Source of the DNA: Auanema rhodensis
Lineage: Eukaryota > Animalia > Nematoda
Direction: 5' to 3'
NCBI GenBank assembly: GCA_964057225.1
Contig: OZ059896.1
Coordinates: 14,508,001-14,572,000, forward strand
DNA length: 64,000 bases
The notes beneath the pieces are model-generated. The model was not told the origin of the DNA and did no database searches. It saw nothing but the letters and a program-made list of their open reading frames with translations. This document shows positions 63,405 through 64,000 of the stretch, piece after piece; position 1 is the stretch's first letter; each line of letters begins with the position of its first letter. The position numbers and the translations under genes are program-made.

Positions 63405-64000
63405 TATTAGGTGTGCGCAAAAGTTTCTGGCCATCCGCATTAAAATTTGAATAAAAATTTCAAAATTAAAAATAGCCAGAAACCAAATTCATAATTATAT
63501 TTGTTAAAGAAATTTTTAATTGAAATTATTGAAAAAAAATCCATTTTTCATCTTTTAATTTAGCTTTTTCTCGCGTTTTCCAAAATGGCTTTCTACTATG
63601 CTCACATGCGTTAGTGTTTTGAGCTGTATTTCAAGCAAGGTTTGAATACTTCGAAAACTCATAATCTTCTTCAAACCACTTATGTTAAAGATATTACTTC
63701 TTATATAGTACCTGTATATGTAATTTTTTTCACTCCTGGTGAAGTAGTACCTCTAAATTCTAAAACCAAAAAACTGACCCTCGTAAACGTGATGTTATGT
63801 TGTTTTGGGAAGAAAAAGGAATATTTCATTAAAAAATTGTTGAATTAGGATGAGATGTTGAGATACTAGGATCTATTCTGAACAAATTCAACGGTATTTC
63901 ATTAAAACGCCCACGCACACCGAAGAAAATCTTTCTTCTACATGACAACGGGAGGCCTCATCTGGACTGAGACGTGTGTTGAATTGTGGAGAAGAAACGA
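63405..64000 (+). mobile_element. Decayed, internally deleted mariner transposon; continues past the window end
   Basis: TA followed by TTAGGTGTGCGCAAAAG is a mariner-type TIR. Transposase relics: ATG at 63585 (...YFKQGLNTSKT), TPGEVVP...NVMLCCFG, and LKRPRTPKKIFLLHDNGRPH (HDNARPH motif, 63941-63961). Stops and frameshifts are present. Confidence 0.85.

Overview
AT-rich, intron-containing genomic DNA from a rhabditid nematode (short ~45-nt GT-AG introns, TTTCAG acceptors; proteins match Caenorhabditis genes as I remember them, and no search was run). Left to right: sfrp-1 (-), a small spliced gene with papain-like/viral-tegument-like DUB motifs (+), rpl-10 (+), noah-2 (+), ~10 kb of non-coding DNA with (AG)n tracts, and a neuropeptide GPCR (npr-35-like, +). 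Next come three almost identical vit-6-type vitellogenin genes: one tandem copy and a head-to-head pair that forms an ~11-kb palindrome around a 255-bp bidirectional promoter. These are followed by a 199-bp satellite bracketed by short inverted repeats, then an ~8.1-kb segment (48771-56885) bounded by ~125-bp inverted repeats with outer TA dinucleotides. That segment holds a probable insulin-like pseudogene and 37 identical tRNA-Gln(UUG) genes in a 167-bp tandem array. unc-8 (-) and a decayed mariner end the window. The most novel candidate is the TIR-bounded, transposase-less 'pack' element carrying the tRNA gene array, next to the amplified vitellogenin locus.
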